A stretch of DNA of 64,000 nucleotides from Balanoglossus misakiensis (lineage: Eukaryota > Animalia > Hemichordata). A program made the position numbers and the translations under genes. The stretch covers positions 10,374,461-10,438,460 of the forward strand of contig CM082596.2 of assembly GCA_040954595.2 (NCBI GenBank). The letters are read 5' to 3'. Within the stretch, counting starts at the first letter, position 1, and each line of letters opens with the position of its first letter. Positions 61,501-64,000 of the stretch are shown here, piece by piece. The notes beneath the pieces were generated by a model that saw only the letters and a program-made list of their open reading frames with translations, had not been told where the DNA came from and did not search any database.

Positions 61501-64000
61501 ATTTTTTGAAAAAAAAATCATGGGTCACGGCTCACGAAAATCGTCTAAAAATGACAATTTTTCGACTTTGCGATATTCAAAATTTCTGCATTTTTTGAAA
61601 AAAAATTATGTGTTACGGCTCACGAAAATCGTCTAAAAATGACAATTTTTCGACTTTGCGAAATTCAAAATTTCTGCATTTTTTGAAAAAAATCTTGGGT
61701 CACGGCTCACGAAAATCGTCCAAAAATGACAATTTTTCGACTTTGCGAAAGTTCAAAATTTCCTTTTTTTGAAAAAAATCATGGGTCACGGCTTACGAAA
61801 ATCGTCCAAAAATGACAATTTTTCGACTTTGCGAAAGTTCAAAATTTCCTTTTTTTGAAAAAAATCATGGATCACGGCTCACGAAAATCGTCCAAAAATG
61901 ACAATTTTTCGACTTTGCGAAAGTTCAAAATTTCTTCATTTTTTGAAAAAAAATCATGGGTTATGGCTCACGAAAATCGTCAAAAAATGACAATTTTTCA
62001 ACTTTTCGAAAGTTTAAAATTTTATGCATTTTTTGAAAAAAAATCATGGGTCACGGCTCACGAAAATCGTCCAAAAATGACAATTTTTCTACTTTGCGAA
62101 AGTTCAAAATTTCCTTTTTTTTGAAAAAAATCATGGGTCACGGCTCACGAAAATCGTCCAAAAATGACAATTTTTCTACTTTGCGAAAGTTCAAAATTTC
62201 CTTTTTTTGAAAAAAATCATGGGTCACGGCTCACGAAAATCGTCCAAAAATGACAATTTTTCGACTTTGCGAAAGTTCAAAATTTCTGCATTTTTTGAAA
62301 AAAATCATAGGTCACGGCTCACGAAAATCGTCCAAAAATGACAATTTTTCGACTTTGCGAAAGTTCAAAATTTCTTCATTTTTTGAAAAAATCATGGGTT
62401 ACGGATCACGAAAATCGTCCAAAAATGACAATTTTTCGACTTTGCGAAAGATCAAAATATCTGCATTTTTGAATAAAATCATGGGTCACGGCTCACGAAA
62501 ATCGTCCAAAAATCACTATTTTTCGACTTTGCGAAAGTTGAAAATTTCTGCATTTTTTGAAAATAATCATGGGTCACGGCTCACGAAAATCGTCCAAAAA
62601 TGACAATTTTTCAACTTTTCGAAAGTTTAAAATTTTATGCATTTTTTGAAAAAAAATCATGGGTCACGGCTCACGAAAATCGTCCAAAAATGACAATTTT
62701 TCTACTTTGCGAAAGTTCAAAATTTCCTTTTTTTTGAAAAAAATCATGGGTCACGGCTCACGAAAATCGTCCAAAAATGACAATTTTTCTACTTTGCGAA
62801 AGTTCAAAATTTCCTTTTTTTGAAAAAAATCATGGGTCACGGCTCACGAAAATCGTCCAAAAATGACAATTTTTCGACTTTGCGAAAGTTCAAAATTTCT
62901 GCATTTTTTGAAAAAAATCATAGGTCACGGCTCACGAAAATCGTCCAAAAATGACAATTTTTCGACTTTATGAAAGTTCAAAATTTCTGCATTTTTTGAA
63001 AAAATCATGGGTTACGGATCACGAAAATCGTCCAAAAATGACAATTTTTCGACTTTGCGAAAGATCAAAATATCTGCATTTTTGAATAAAATCATGGGTC
63101 ACGGCTGACGAAAATCGTCCAAAAATCACTATTTTTCGACTTTGCGAAAGTTGAAAATTTCTGCATTTTTTGAAAATAATCATGGGTCACGGCTCACGAA
63201 AATCGTCCAAAAATGACAATTTTTCGACTTTATGAAAGTTCAAAATTTCAGCATTCTTTGAAAAAATCATGGGTTACGGATCACTAAAATCGCCCAAAAA
63301 TGACAATCTTTCGACTTTGCGAAAGTTCAAAATTTCTGCATTTTTTGAAAAAAATCATGGGTCACGGCTCACGAAAATCGTCCAAAAATTACTATTTTTC
63401 TACTTTGCGAAAGTTCAAAATTTCTGCATTTTTTGAAAAAAAATCATGGGTTACGGCTCACGAAAATCGTCAAAAAATTACTATTTTTCGACTTTGCGAA
63501 AGTTGAAAATTTCTGCATTTTTTGAAAAAAAATCATGGGTTACGGCTCACGAAAATTGTCAAAAAATGACAATTTTTCGATTTGCGAAAGTTCAAAATTT
63601 CCTTTTTTTGAAAAAAATCATGGATCACGGCTCACGAAAATCGTCCAAAAATGACAATTTTTCGACTTTACGAAATTCAAAATTTCTGCATTTTTTTTGA
63701 AAAAAATCATGGGTCACGGCTCACGAAAATCGTCCAAAAATGACAATTTTTCTACTTTGCGAAATTCAAAATTTCTGCATTTTTTGAAAAAAAAATCATG
63801 GGTTACGCCTCACGAAAATCGTCTAAAAATGACAATTTTTCGACGTTGCGAAAGTTCAAAATTTCTGCATTTTTGAATAAAATCATGGGTTACGGCTCAC
63901 GAAAATCGTCCAAAAATGACAATTTTTCAACTTTTCGAAAGTTCAAAATTTTATGCATTTTTTGAAAAAAAATCATGGGTCACGGCTCACGAAAATCGTC
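55534..64000 (+). repeat. Satellite B array (~88-bp monomer related to A, opposite orientation; runs off the window)
   Basis: GAAAAAAATCATGGGT-YACGGCTCAC-GAAAATCGTCCAAAAATGACAATTTTTCGACTTTGCGAAAGTTCAAAATTTCTGCATTTTTT tandem units. Confidence 0.97.

Noticed and set aside
55494-63700. ORFs with MGHGSRKSSKNDNFSTLRK repeats
   Set aside because: Translations of satellite B in shifting frames.
23018-64000. CRISPR-like array
   Set aside because: No unique spacers and no cas genes; the context is eukaryotic.
55534-64000. CENP-B box in the satellites
   Set aside because: TTCG is present, but I found no correctly spaced A..CGGG.

Overview
Eukaryotic (most likely invertebrate metazoan) repeat-dense, heterochromatin-like window with no host gene. 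Two-thirds of it is satellite DNA. A ~78-bp A/T-tract satellite occupies 888-3358 and 23018-55533. At a self-complementary TTTTGCAAAA it switches to an oppositely oriented, related ~88-bp satellite (55534-64000). The satellites sit inside a repeating fold-back scaffold: [~350-bp TTAA-flanked palindrome]-X-satellite><satellite-X'-[palindrome]-X-satellite.... A complete Gypsy/Ty3 LTR retrotransposon (5273-22075, minus strand, apparently identical 591-bp LTRs, CTAT TSD) is inserted in the central palindrome. It carries three nested elements of different classes: a Penelope-like element with inverted pLTRs and a hammerhead-like motif, a PIF/Harbinger-type non-autonomous element, and a split-direct-repeat tyrosine-recombinase retrotransposon (DIRS order, PAT/Ngaro-like). 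Removing the three inserts by eye restores uninterrupted Gypsy gag and pro-pol frames. Recoding signals are visible: a G_UUA_AAC -1 slip site plus hairpin in the Gypsy, and an in-frame UGA-CUA gag/pol junction plus a likely splice acceptor before the recombinase in the YR element. All comparisons were made by eye; no database search was possible.
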